64,000 bases of DNA from Chiloscyllium plagiosum (Eukaryota): the NCBI RefSeq assembly GCF_004010195.1, contig NC_057758.1, positions 525,598 through 589,597 of the forward strand, in the 5' to 3' direction. The position numbers and the translations under genes were made by a program. Numbering within the stretch: the first letter of the stretch is position 1; every line of letters starts with the position of its first letter. Below the pieces are notes generated by a model. The model made no database searches. It worked only from the letters and a program-made list of their open reading frames with translations, and was not told the DNA's origin. Of the stretch, positions 24,691 through 38,000 are shown one piece after another.

Positions 24691-25726
24691 GACGATTGGA
24701 ATTAAATCATAACGTTGAACTAAATATATTTACAGCTTTACTTTGCTCTGTTAATGTTTCATATTAATGATAAAATGCAAAGTTCCTCTTTGTGTCATAA
24801 ACTGGGTGTTCGCAACTTGCTATTCATAATGTTTGGCTCCGACCAACAGGACAACTATGAGGATGATTGAATCCTGCAGTTTCATTCTATTTTGGCTTGC
24901 TTTCCCTGGATCCGAGCAGCATGAACAAATTGATCGTGGCTGGTATTATATTTTCTGCTGGGCTAACACATTACGTGGCATGTTGAAACATTTCCTGGAT
25001 GAAGGGAGAAAGGGGACTTTGTACGATATGAGTCAGGAGATTTGTACTGACAATGGCTGGGAGTGAAGAAGGAGTGAGATGGGATCCGTGATGACAGGAG
25101 GAAAGGAGGCTGAAAGGCAAATTGCAAAAGGCAAGAATTGATGAATAACAGTCATTGACGGGTGGGGCACTGATGACCATAACTACTTGAGGAGAGAGCT
25201 AAGTGTTGTCTAGATACAGGAAGGACCTGGAAAACGTATTCGTCATTATGGGTAACTGGGGAGGAGAGGGGCAAGTGGAGATAATTTCATGTTGTGTACG
25301 AGCTGTGGATCAACTGATAAGACTGAAATATACGAAATAAAGTTTGATCACACAAGCAAATTGGAGGAAAAGCAGAGAGTGTTTCCGGGTATGACACTGG
25401 GTGTTGCACCCCAGAGAGAGGGACCTGCTGATGATGACACAAACCTGATGAGAAAGACCGTAAGAGACAAGCGCTACAGCTGCTAATGAGAGGGCTGGAT
25501 CATTGTGACAAAGGGAGAGCCAGAGGGAGAGAGATGGGGGTGAGTGAATCAAAGATAGAGAGACAGTAAAGTGAGCAGAGAGAAAAAATAGAGGTAAAGG
25601 GACATATCGGGAGATAAACAGAAATCGAGTTACGTGGAGAAATAGAGGGGACAGAAAATGAGATGGAAAGAATGAGGTGGAGGGAAGGAGAAAAGAGCCG
25701 AGTGTGAGATGGAGACGGAGAGAGAG

Positions 25727-28700
25727 CGTTCTGGCCTAGGCCAGACCACTCAAAACATTCTTAAGCGTGCAGCCTGGACCATAACTTGGCAATTTATTTC
25801 GTAAACGTACAGTGAAAATTACCCAGAGTAAGATAGCTAGATTGTCTGCAGGTTTTAAAACTGACAAATATTTATTCATAAAAATTTTGGAATGAAAGTC
25901 AAAAATCGGAATAAAGAACACATGCAGAGCTCAATCTATCCAAACTAAATTCAATAATGCTGTTCTGAATACACAAAACACTCCCAGTCACAAACCCTTG
26001 AAGCACAGAGCAAAACCATGAAACAAAGGCTTACAGGTCAACGTTAGAAGGGCAGAAGGAGAAATAGTCGAACAGCCTGTTTCCACACAAACCACTGCGG
26101 CACTGACTCAAACTTAAATTTAGCTTCGAGATTCCCAAGCCCCTTTCATCGTGCAGGTCACTTCTAAAATATAGCCACTTTGGCCTGCAGTCTTATCAGT
26201 TTACATATAAACAAAAGGCGTGTCAAAATCATTTTTCATTTCGGCACCAAACTAGCCAACTTGTCACCGGCAGCTCGTTTAACACCCTTCTGAAAAAATA
26301 AAACAAGGACACAATATCCTTGAGTAAAGGAACAGCTTTTTGAGAAAAGGAGCAGCTTTGTGGCACCTCCCCTCTTAAAAAAACAACTGAGTCATCAATC
26401 TCCAAAGATGGCTTCATTTTTAAAACCTTTAAAAACCAAATTGGTTAGTCTTCGAAAAATCACGGTATTAACTATTCACATGCAAACATGCACAACCACA
26501 CGCGAATTCAGACCCGAGCACATCCGTCAACGAACGCCTCGGTTTTTCATTTGAATTTCCACAATGCATCGGCAATGACATTTTCGTGACCTGCCACATG
26601 CACAAGTGACAATTGAAAGGCTTCAAAAATAAGCTCCATCTTAACAGTCTGGTATTTTTATCCTTGAATTTCTCCACAAATGTCAATGGGTTATGATCAG
26701 TGCATATGACTGTCTCAGGTGCATTGCTGGTAATATAAACATTGTTGTTATATGAAGTGTTGTCATGCCAACACCAAGCTTAAAATCTTCTGTTGAATAT
26801 TTCTGTTAATAAGTGCGCAACTTCCTGGAAAAAATAACAAATGAGTCTTTCTATTCCCTCGTCATCCTCCTGTAGAGGCACAGCACTGACACCCACATCC
26901 CTGGCATTGATTACCATCTTGAAAAGTTTCGTGTAATCAGGTGTGTCTAATACTTGGGCTGTGCTTAGTGGAGTTTTCAGGCTGTGATATGCCTTTTGAC
27001 AGTTCGCTGTACACTGAAATGTCTTGCCCTTTTTAACAATTCGGTGAGTGGAGTAACCACACTGCTAACATTCGGCACAAAATTTCAGTAAAATCGACTC
27101 AATCCCAGAATTGATGTGGGAAATTCCCAATTCCTTTCGTTTTTGCATCCTGTGGAATAATTTATCAGTATCCAATAACAAGGCCCAGGAAGGTGACTTG
27201 GACTTTGGCAAATTCACGTTTAACTAAATTACCACCAAGTCAATTGAACAAGTTCACTAAACGCTGTCAATGAGTGACTGAAAATCCTTGAATGAGTGAC
27301 TGAAAATCACCGGGTCATTAATTTCCACTACACAGCTGGGAAATCCGGCAATGGCATTATTCATTAATCTCTAAAATGTATCTGGAGCGTTTTACATGCC
27401 AAATTGTATGGTTTTGAACTGATATTTGTTGTTAAGAAATATGAAATCGCCTTTGCTCTTTCTGCCAAAGGTACTTGCCAGTACCCTTTGAGCAACTCCG
27501 ATTTAGTAATGTAAGTTGCTAGTCCCACATTTTCGACACACTCCTCCAATGGTAGAATTTGATATGTGTCAGTCATTGTAACGGCGTTGACTTTGCGATA
27601 TCCACACATAACCATTGGGTAACATCTGGCTTTGGCACCATGATGATAGGTGAGCTCCAATCACTGGAACTCATTTCGATTTTGCCATCTTGGAGCATGA
27701 TCTGCATCGACTTCAGAACCTATGCCAACTTCAGAGGATTATGCCTACACAGATGTTGCTTAATTGGAACAGCATCTCCTATGTCTACATCATTCACAAT
27801 TCGGTTAGTACTTTCCAGTTTGTTTCCGCATATCTCCCTATGTGACAGTAAGAACTCTTTCAGGTCCTTTTTGATTTTCTAAGGAAGGCAACTCAATAAT
27901 ATTTCCCAATTTTGACAATTTTATAATTGTCCAATTTGATTTGATGAATACCCAATTCAGAATCCGCTGAGCTTTGTTCTTCCTTCTGTACTGTAACCAT
28001 TATCGACGTCTCCTCTTGCTTTCCTTCCCTATTGAATTGCATTTTGAGCACATTCAAATGATGCACTCTGTTAATTTTCGTCCTGTCTGGAGTCCTTATT
28101 AAGCAGTTCACCTCACTCAAATTCTACTCGATTTGTTTAAGCACACTAAACCTGGCTTTTGAAAATTCACTTATGACTGGAAGTAACATCAATACCTTAT
28201 TCCTAACAGCAAATTTGCGCACTCGTGATTTCTTATCTGCTTCCAGGTTCATTGAAATGGTGTCTAGCTATCTCCTCCCCTCTATTTAGTCGTTCTCTAA
28301 AATGTGACACATTGTCTAAATGGATGGTCTCTGAGCTCTGACATGCTAATTTCACCTCAATCAATTTGAAAGGCGCTCCTACTTCATGCCCCAAAATTAT
28401 TTCAATTGGACTGAATGTGCTCGACTCATTTGGTGCATCTCTGATAGCAAACAGTACAAACAGAGGTCTCTTATCGCAATCATCTGGATACCCCTGACCA
28501 TAGCTCGTTTGATGCTATCTCTCTCGCGTTCCCTGTGATTCTAGATGATACGCAATAGATTTAAGTTGCTTTGTTCTGAAGTTAACCATAACCTCCTTGC
28601 ATAGTTTGGTTGTAAAGTTTGATCCTTGATCTGACTGGATCTGTTTCAGTTTTCTGTCTCTAGTTTTAAAAAATCGATAATTCTTCTGCAACCCTTTTTG

Positions 28701-31346
28701 CTGCGATGTTGCAGAGTTGGATTGCCTTCAGAAATCTAGTCGATTGTCCATTATTGTTAATGAATACTTATTCCCACTTTTTGATTGAGGTAGTGGACCT
28801 ATGCAGTTAATCAGGATTCCTGTGAAAAGTTCTGTAAATGCTGGAGGAGTTATTAAAGTTACCCGCTTTGTATGGTTTTCTGATTAGCTGAAATGTGTGA
28901 TATGTCTGGCAAAATTCAACTAGATACTTGTGTAGTCCAAGCCAGTAAAAGTGTCTTTGCACTTTAGCCTGTGTTTTCCTCACTCCTAAATTACCTCAAT
29001 GTGGTAGCTCATGCGTCCCTCACAGTACCTCCATTCTACAACTCATTGGCAAAACAATCTGTTGAACCACTGCCCATTTCTCATCTGTTTGAATGTGTGA
29101 TGGTTTCCATTTCGGAATTAAGACATCATTTATTCAGTAATAATGCACAGGGATGCAGTCACTCTCCCTCTCCATATATGCCTTTTGATACAACCGCTTT
29201 AAGTTCTCAACTTTCGGCTGTAACTCGATAAGTATAGCAGAGCAAAAGATACTTGCATGTTTACCTATTTGGTCCTGAGCTGTTCCACTTAGTTGATCGA
29301 AAAAAGTCCCTGATACAGCTCTGTCAGCTTCCTTGCCTGTGCCTTTTGAGTTCTCCTGCTTTAGCGTGTGCCTCTGTCATCTTGCGACCACATACTCTGG
29401 GAAAATTCCGAGATCAACATCCTTCATTTCTTGAGTTGCCTGTGTCTCCACTTTTCAACTATAGTAGGCAGCCTACCAGTGTATCAGCTTTATCATTTGC
29501 AGGGACAAATTGTGTTTCTGCAGCTGAGAGTTTGTCCAATGCCCCGACCACAAATTTGCCACTTTTCTCTGGACACTCGAGCCTCATTTTACATAATTGA
29601 GCACTCTTTGTCTCGCAATGAATTCCAGTTACTGGTACATTTTCTGGCAAAAGTCCATCAAGAGAACTTATCTGCTAATTCCTCAGCATTACAGACTGAG
29701 AGGAGCCTGTGATCCTTAATATTGTAAACTTTTACCTGCTGCTGCTGGCCTATGCGAATAAAGTTTACACTTGCATGCATATTTTTTAAGAAGATTCCTC
29801 CTCAACCAACTTCTGATCACCTTGTACACTCTGAAGCAGTTGTGTAACTTCCCTTGGGTTTTTCTTACCAGTCCAACAAAATACCCACGCATGTCTGGTT
29901 TTCCTACATGTGGCTTTCTCCTAGCCCACCAACAATGTGATCGTGTGGCCCTCTTTGATACAATGAAAAAAGCTGAACTTTTTTTACTTTTTGTCCCCCT
30001 CAACGGTTTCATTTTTTGCATGTGTTAAGTTCTCCTTACGATCTTCACTAAGGTCTCCCTTTCCTTTTCCACTTGAAAAGGTCTCTTTGCCCCGGTTTCT
30101 ATCCCTCATGGACCGAAATTGATTGTGGAAGCCAACCCGTGTTTTGTGGACCTAAGCTCATAATCATCAAACAACTCAGCTGCTCACCTTGCCATTTTCA
30201 CTCTCAGCTCTTCAACATTAAGCTCACCTTCAGCCTTGATCACCAGCCTTTTAAACTGACCTCCCGTTTTAAGAGTCGTTATTTGAAGTTCAAACTCTCT
30301 CTTTTTTACTCTTCTGCTTTTAATGGAAAGTTAAACAGTTTCATTGCCGCTGCACCTTCTTTACCTCTCGCCTCTAACTCAAGCTGCTTCATTTGCAATT
30401 GAAGTTTTGTTATCTTCACAGATTCTGAATGTTTGTCCAGCAAGTATAAATGCGGAGCTACTGCTGTAATTATCTATGTATTCCTCACAGAAGGAGTCAG
30501 CTCTCATCCAAGCGGGTCTGCTCGTTCCTGCAGCTTAGTCTTGTTCACTTTTTCTGAAACTTCCAAAGTCATCGCATCCACTTTCAGGTAACTTTTGGCG
30601 ACTGAAAGAACCATTACTATTCAAAACTTTTTCTTCCCAAACAAACCCAAACACCCGAAATATAGACACTAACAACTACCAGTCGCTGTTTAACATCCCT
30701 AAAAGGGTCCCCACTCTGTATGGACGAGGTCAGAACACTCAACACATTCTTAAGCAGGCAGTCCAGACCGTAACTTTGCAGTTTGTTTTGGTAAGTGTGC
30801 AGTGAAAATTACCCGGTGTAAATTAGCTGGGTTGACTTGCAGGTTTTAAAACAGACAAAAACTTATTCACAAAATCATGGGATGGAACACAAAGAACAGC
30901 ATAAAGGACACCTGAAAAACTCAGAATCTCCGAATGTAGACTTCATATTGCTCTTCCAAACATGCACAACTGTCCCAATAAGTGAACCCCTTCCACACAG
31001 AGCAAAAAATGAAACAAAGGCTGACATATCGAAGGTAGAAGGGCAGAAGGAGAGAATCTAGCAGCCGGTTTCCTCATAAACTGCTGTTTAACTGACTCCA
31101 ACTTAACTTTAGTTTCCAGAGCAGACCACGCGCCTTTCATTATACAGGTCGCTTCTCAAGCATGATCACTTTGGCCTGAAGACTCATAAACATAAACAAA
31201 ACGCCTCTCAAAGTCCTTTCCACCTCTGTACAAAACTAGCCCCCTCGGAGATGTGAGCTGGTTTACGACCCGTCTGAAAGAGCCATGAACATATTGTCCT
31301 TGAGAAAAGAAGCGGTCTTTATACAACGGGAACCAGCTTTATGAGA
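25727..31346 (-). mobile_element. Full-length decayed Gmr1-type Ty3/Gypsy LTR retrotransposon
   Basis: Paired LTRs (30717-31346, 25727-26365); AGAG TSD at 25723-25726 and 31347-31350; PPT 26366-26376; PBS-like 30695-30713; order gag-PRO-INT-RT-RH. Confidence 0.88.
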
Positions 31347-31814
31347 AGAGGTAGATAGAGGTGTAATGAAAGATGAAGAGAGAGTGAGAGAAAGAGGGAG
31401 AGACCAAGAAAAAGATAAAGGACACTGCCTGATCTGATGCACAAGCGCCCTGACGACCAAATAATAGAATGCTGAATCAGAACTATTGCTTAATTTATCT
31501 GAATGAGTTTGGATGGTGATCCTAATAATCGTTTCCATAAAAGAAAACAGCTTGAAGTCCACATTTATAGATGGGAAATACCGTATCCTGAAGGTCATGT
31601 AGGAATCTAGTCAGTGTTGTTATTTTAATGAATTCTTTATTTTGAGCAAGTTTGTTTCTTTGTCCGTCGTTTCTCTGAACGTGAGCTGATTTTTCTATTT
31701 GTTAGTTTGTTTTAAACCACAAGCATTAATCAACATACCATGGTGCTTAATTTTCTCTTCACTGAAGTTCTTGTGCATTGAGTGAATTTCTAAGATTTCA
31801 TTTAAGATAATTGA

Positions 31815-32555
31815 AAGGTCCTTGGGAGTGTTGCTAAACGAAGAGACCTTGGAGTGCAGGTTCACAGATTTTTTAAATTAAGGTCGCAGATAAATCGGAT
31901 AGTGAAGAAGGTGCTTGGTATTGTTTTCTTTATTGAACAGAGCATTGAGTACAAACTTTGAGAGGCCATGTTGCGGATTTACAGGAAACTGGCTCGGCCA
32001 CTTTTGGAATATCGCTTGCAATGTTCATCTCCTTCATATCGTAAGGATGTTGTAAAAGTAGAAATTGTTCAGAAATGGTTTACAAGGATGTTGCCAGGCT
32101 TGGAGGTTTGTTTAACTAGAGGAAAAGGGGGAAATGTATGTGGCTGCTTCCCGTGGATTGTCGGAAGCTGAGGGGCGACCTTCTAGAGGTTTATAAAATA
32201 ATAAGGGGCATGGTTAGGATAAGTGGACAACGTGTTTTGTTAGGGTGTGGCAGTCCAGAACTCGAGGGAATAGCTTTAGGATGAGACAGGGAAATATATT
32301 AAACAGACCTAAGGTCCAACTTTTTTCACGCAAAGGGTGGTAAATGTATGGATTGAACTGACAGAGGATGTGTCGGAGGCTAGTACAATGGCAATATTTA
32401 GAAGGAATTTAGAATGGTATATGATAGGAGGAGATGGAAGGGTTATGGGCCATGTGTTGGCAAATTGGATGAGATTGGGTTGGGATAGCTGGTCGGTATG
32501 GACGTGTTGGACCGAATGGTTGTTTCCATGCTGTACATCTCTATGACTATGACTC
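31815..32555 (+). mobile_element. CR1 LINE 3' end
   Basis: RPLLEYRLQCSSPSYRKDVVKVE and FFTQRVVNVW motifs; CTATGACT tail. Confidence 0.88.
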
Positions 32556-33362
32556 AAAGATACAATTTCTGTGCTTGGAAATCTAGAAAAGTCTGATCCG
32601 AGTCCATTGCAGCGATGAACTGAGGTTCTTTAAAGGCTTATTTTAACTATGTTGTGAACAGAGCGGTGGGCTGGCTGAGTCTGTCTTATAACAATCTATG
32701 TCACCATATTTAGTATTCTGACATCTTAGTGGTGACACAATGAGAGTAAAAGGCATGGTTTTGGACAGGGACAGAGAGAAATAATTTCACGTCCAACTGG
32801 GAATTACATACTGCGTTGAAAGAAGGGAAGATGGCACGGGTAGCCTGGAATGAGTCTCATTGTGCAGATGAAATCACGGAGGGAATTCTACAGAAGGAAA
32901 TGAAAATGTATAAACTGAGATACAAACCAAATCAATAAGTTACAGTGAGAAGAGGGATAATTGTCCCGGGTAGGTCTAAACCAGTTTTATAGTTAGGAGA
33001 AGCAGACAGGTGACATTTGGAATACAAGTGTGAGTGGCCAAGCACACAGACGAGGGTTTTGCACAGTCGAAAAAGACAGAAACCTAGGTTTAAAAAGTTT
33101 CAACAAGGAAGAGGCTATTAGGCTGGAAATGAATGCGGGTTCAAAGGAGTGGCTCATACCATGAACCCATGCACAAAGATGTTGGACATTTCAGGAAGTC
33201 AAGGTATTGTGTGTGTTGGTGGTGTCATGTGGCCGGGACCAATGGATAACAATTGAGATTGAGATTGAAGACATTAGCTTCAGCTTTATCAATCTTTACA
33301 TGAACGATTGTAATAAAGGTTAGACGTGGGTTAGGGAATCAGGATATTTTAGACACACTTAC

Positions 33363-33543
33363 CAGCGAGTCCAACGATTGCGAGCATTGGGTAATAAGCA
33401 CCCTGTATTACCTGAAGTGCATATGAAACCCGATGAGCTATAGTTATCCAAGGTTGATCTGAAAAAAGCCACTCAAGACCAAATGCGAAATTCCTGTCTC
33501 TTGTAGTGACATTCCATTCCATTGCTCGGAGATTTTGATCCAT
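33363..33543 (-). CDS. GPR139/GPR142-like GPCR, exon 1 (N-terminus and start of TM1)
   Basis: MDQNL...NVT...YYPMLAIVGLA followed by the donor G|GTAAGT (33362-33357). The phase-1 G joins TG of exon 2 to give Val, producing GLAVNVLTIVIL in frame. Confidence 0.88.
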
Positions 33544-33644
33544 TCTAACAATATTCGAATCCTATGTTCTCATTTCCTTATCTCTCCATTCCTTCAATGT
33601 GGAACTGTTGACACCAGTTAGTGTTGGCATTGAGCTTCCCAGTC

Positions 33645-33760
33645 AGAGATTCTTATAATTCCAACAAAAGTGAGGACTCTTATTGCAAAGTGTGCAACCC
33701 CAGTGATCTTGTTAGGATCCATGGAGGCTGTCATTAATCACAGTGGTTAAACAAACAAGC
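33645..33760 (-). promoter_or_regulatory. Candidate proximal promoter of the GPCR
   Basis: TATAAGA at 33657-33651; homeodomain-like TGATTAATGA at 33740-33731; forkhead-like TGTTTGTTTAAC at 33757-33746. Motif match only. Confidence 0.4.
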
Positions 33761-35099
33761 TCACTTAACACCTTAATACCCAACACTGACTGCAGCACAA
33801 TACATTCACTCATTTATCGATACTTGGTAGATTTTTAAGACTTCCACTGAACAAAAAGCAGAGACCTGCCACTGAATGTGGCAGAGTTTTCTTAGAAACT
33901 GGATTTGGAAAATGTTCTGTCTTTACTGATGTCTAAGTGGAGAAGAATAAACCTTGAATGACAGAGCAGTCAGCATAACATCTGACAACGACTCGGGAAA
34001 CTTCAAGAATACATAATTAAGGACAAAATTTGACATGGCATTGGAATGACAAGGAAGATTCCGTCTGGATATGTGCAAAGTTAAGTCGTGTCTGTCTTGA
34101 GGGAACTGCAGGCAAACGTCCCAAGCTCCCTCCATTCTGCTGAGTTTCCTTGAGTCCTTATCATTAGAATCTGACAACATCTTCCTCCCTTCGTCATATG
34201 ACATACGTTAGACATTCTCAGTTTCACATAACCCCTTCAAGGTTTGAAGAAAACACTTCTAGTCTGGAATTTCCCAACTAAATGCCTACCTTGCTGGTCC
34301 TAAACAATCTCCCTCTCTGCAAGACTCTTTTATATAGGTGTTATCAGCCAAAACATCGACAAGTTTGCTCAGATTCAACAGGGAGAGTTCATTTTTTTTC
34401 AGATTATAACTGTTTCCCTGAAAATGAACGAAAAGACCCCATAATTTGCCATTTGAATATTCGACCAGAGAGTTTCATGCAGGGTTTGCTTGATTCCTGT
34501 GTAAGTCTTTCCCAATGCTTAAGAAAGATGCTCTGACACTCCAGGAGGTTTCTCCATAATTATGTGCTTTATTCGAAATTGAAATGCGTAGAGTGATAAT
34601 TATAATGTGTTACAAGGCTTGAAGGGCTGAATTCTGTATGCACGCTCTCACTTTTTATGTTACCAGGGTGTGTGCAAAATTGAAATAGTGCAGAACTGAT
34701 CATAGAGGAGCTTTGCATCGAACAAATGAACTCTGTCAGATTTATAACCTGTATTCTCTACTCAATGGTCTTACGTTGACTTGCTGATACCAAGCACAGT
34801 CCAGGAATACGCCAGTAGGAACGCCATTAAGCATGATGGCATGAAGGTCTACCAGGCTGAACATCATCAGAATGCGAGAGTAGGGTCAGCATCGTGAAGG
34901 TAGTTGGAATGCAGATCAGTCGGTGTTAGGACAACCACGATTTGTTCTGAATTCTACCCGTTCCCAACCACGTGCCCACTGTCATTCAAAAAAATCATAC
35001 TCCCTAACCCAACGTGGTTAGCCGAAGGCAGGTTTGTCCAGAAACATGCAGCACAAAAGGAAGGCTATTAAGGTTTATTCATTCCTGGAAGACTAATCC

Positions 35100-38000
35100 A
35101 TGTGGAATTATTTCAGTGGCAAAAAGAGAAAAAAGAATGCTCTCGAAGAAATTTAATAGCAACAGCTGTTAGTGAGTTGGGACAAGCATTTGTGGTATCA
35201 TGCTGTTATTTGGGAAGCTTAGTTCATTCGATCTTGACATCGAAGACTCGGCCAAGTATGTGGAAATGACCTTGGGGCAGATGCCACTATGTCGGTATCC
35301 AGGCAAGTGCACATCCTGGAAAGCACACCAACATCTGGTAGGAAACAGGTAAATTGTTCGCTGATATCCAGATCAGAGCCAATCAAAATAAATTATCACC
35401 CACTTCTTATAGAGTTTGAATTTGACCTGGCTGTATGAGTCATTGCAGGATCAGTCTTTAACAAAATTCACTCTGGGCGTCAATTCAAAATTTGCTTGTG
35501 ACCTCTGCTCCATTAAAACCTTATACTGGGGAACCTTGACAGATTAAGGGTACAACTTCAGTTCTGGTATAGTGCAACAATCAGCTGGTTAAGTTCCAAA
35601 TGATTGCAGCAAAAGGCTCGGACTCAAGCCTGTAGGACAAAATTGATTGAAAAAGTTTCAACTTGATTGGATCATCACCCGTCGATTTGAAGTGATTGCC
35701 TGAGTGAAATCATAATTGAATACGTTTTCCAGGAAGGTCTAGAGACTATCAAATGAGAGAAAGCCAGCTCGCACCTTGACCAGGAGGCAATTGCCCGGAT
35801 CTGCAAGGCCCGCACAACGCCATTTTCATTCTGTGCAAAAGCAGAGGCAGAAATCAGAAGGTTTTAGAGCGAATTAATCATGCAACTAGTATAGTTTTTG
35901 GATTGGATAGCACCAGCTTTACTAATTGCGACAGTGATGGGTGGTTCCCCTTTGGGAAAGGTTTGAAAAAACATTAAGTCGCTTCCAGCAGCTGGATAAT
36001 ACCCAATTCCTTGGTTAGAGGACTCATCCATAAAGCAGGTGGAGGGCGGCTGGGGGAGGGTTTCGGTAATTCACGATACAGAACATGAATAATGTATCCT
36101 TGCAACTGCGATCATATGTGGATTACAAGAAGTATGCTACAGATCATATCCATAAGAGATTGAAATAATATACGTGGCTAAAATTTTAGCTGTCATTCCT
36201 CCTGTGACATTTTTCAGTGGACGATGAAAAATATGTTGCAAGGTTGCCCAAGATCGCCATTTATTGGCATGAAGTGCTAATAGCAGGGAGTATGAAGAAA
36301 GAGCATTTGGAGGTTCGGAAGTAGTCCTTGCACCTTACTCGAAAATGTGTGTTCCAGCGTCCTTTATTACTACATGAGATGCAGTACCGACAAGACCTGT
36401 TTACACAATTTGAACGTAAGGGGAGGGTGATCAAATTTGTCCCAGCTTCCACATCTGTATCGGAGCTTCAGTCTTTCATCGGTTTGGTGAATTATTATGG
36501 AAAGTTCCTGACCTCCATTCTGGAACCTTTCATCTGGTACTGAAGAACACCAGCCTTGGAAGTTCACATTAGCCAAAACGTAGTCTTCAGGGATGTAAAG
36601 AAGCAGCCATCATCTGAGGTGTTGGCACACTACATCCCAAGTGATAACTGTTGCTGACATGCAACGACTCTCCTTATAGTCTTAGAGTAGTGTTGGCTCA
36701 CAGATGGCCCAATGGAGAGAAATTGCAAATAAAATATTAATTCCTCATTTTGGCAGATGCAGAGCTCAAATGCATCCAAATATAAAGGAAGGTTATGCGG
36801 TCATACTTGGTGTGAGACAGTTTTGCCAATACCTTAATGGAAATAGTACCAAAGCACAAACCCTTGGCAAGGATTACTCGAAGAGGACAAGTCTGTGACG
36901 CCCAAACTCTCTGGACTCAACAGTGGACGCTCATTTTGCCCCGTAGACAGTTAAAATTTGGAACACCGCCTGGGTGGCCAGAAAATAAATATGAAATTCT
37001 CGAGTCACCTCTCGCTCACAGATAGCATACCACCAGTGGTACTACCACTGAAGGTATCTGTTCTGGTTTTCAACATTCTTGACACTCTCCCATTCACCGC
37101 TGAAAATATCAGACTGTGGACGCAAAAGTGGCAAAATTAAATCATCTGATCGTTTTCGGGGAAACAAAATGGCCAGCACATCTAGCTTTGATAAAGTTCT
37201 GGAACCCGTGGGACCAGATCACAGTTAAGGACGGCAATGTATTCTTAGAAATAAGAGTGATTGGCCAAAAAAACTTCCCTGCCACAGAATGGCTGAACTC
37301 TACCAGAATTAACTATGAGTTTCCAAAATGAAAATGTTGGCGAGGTGGTATGTATGGTGGCCAAGATTGCATAAAGATATAATCGCGTTTGTGGGGCAAT
37401 GTCCCGAGTGCCAACAATGACAAAACCTACATCAGCAGCATTCATGTGAATGCTGTGTATACACTGGATTAATTTTCCATTAACTAAACCGGCATTTTCA
37501 TCGCTTCAATATCTTAGACATTAAGAACGCCCAGTCAAAGTGGTTGGGCGTACATAGACTTTAATCATCAAACTCAGGGAGGACGACAGAAATGTTGTGA
37601 GCATTATTACAATGCAAGGTCTTTCGGAAGTGTAAGCAACAGTCAACGGGCCATCATTTCCCAGCAGGCAATTCGAATATTTCCTGAAGTCGAATGGTAT
37701 TCGACATTTGTTCAACAGCTCCACATCATCCATCGTTCAAGATCCAGCGAAACGACCTGTCTCAACATTGAAGGAAAGCATAAAGAAAACCCCCACAGCT
37801 TCACTCAATGTCCTGGCTCCGATTTGATGACACAATCACCTGTTATGCAATCAAGGGATAACTCCAGCAGAGTTGTTAATGGGGAGAAGACTCCACATCA
37901 GGTTAAATCTTATCATGCAGAACCTGAGGGGCAGGGTGAAATTGTCTCAGGAACACCAATGCCAGACACAAGACTTCAAAAAACAACAGCGTAAGTTTCT

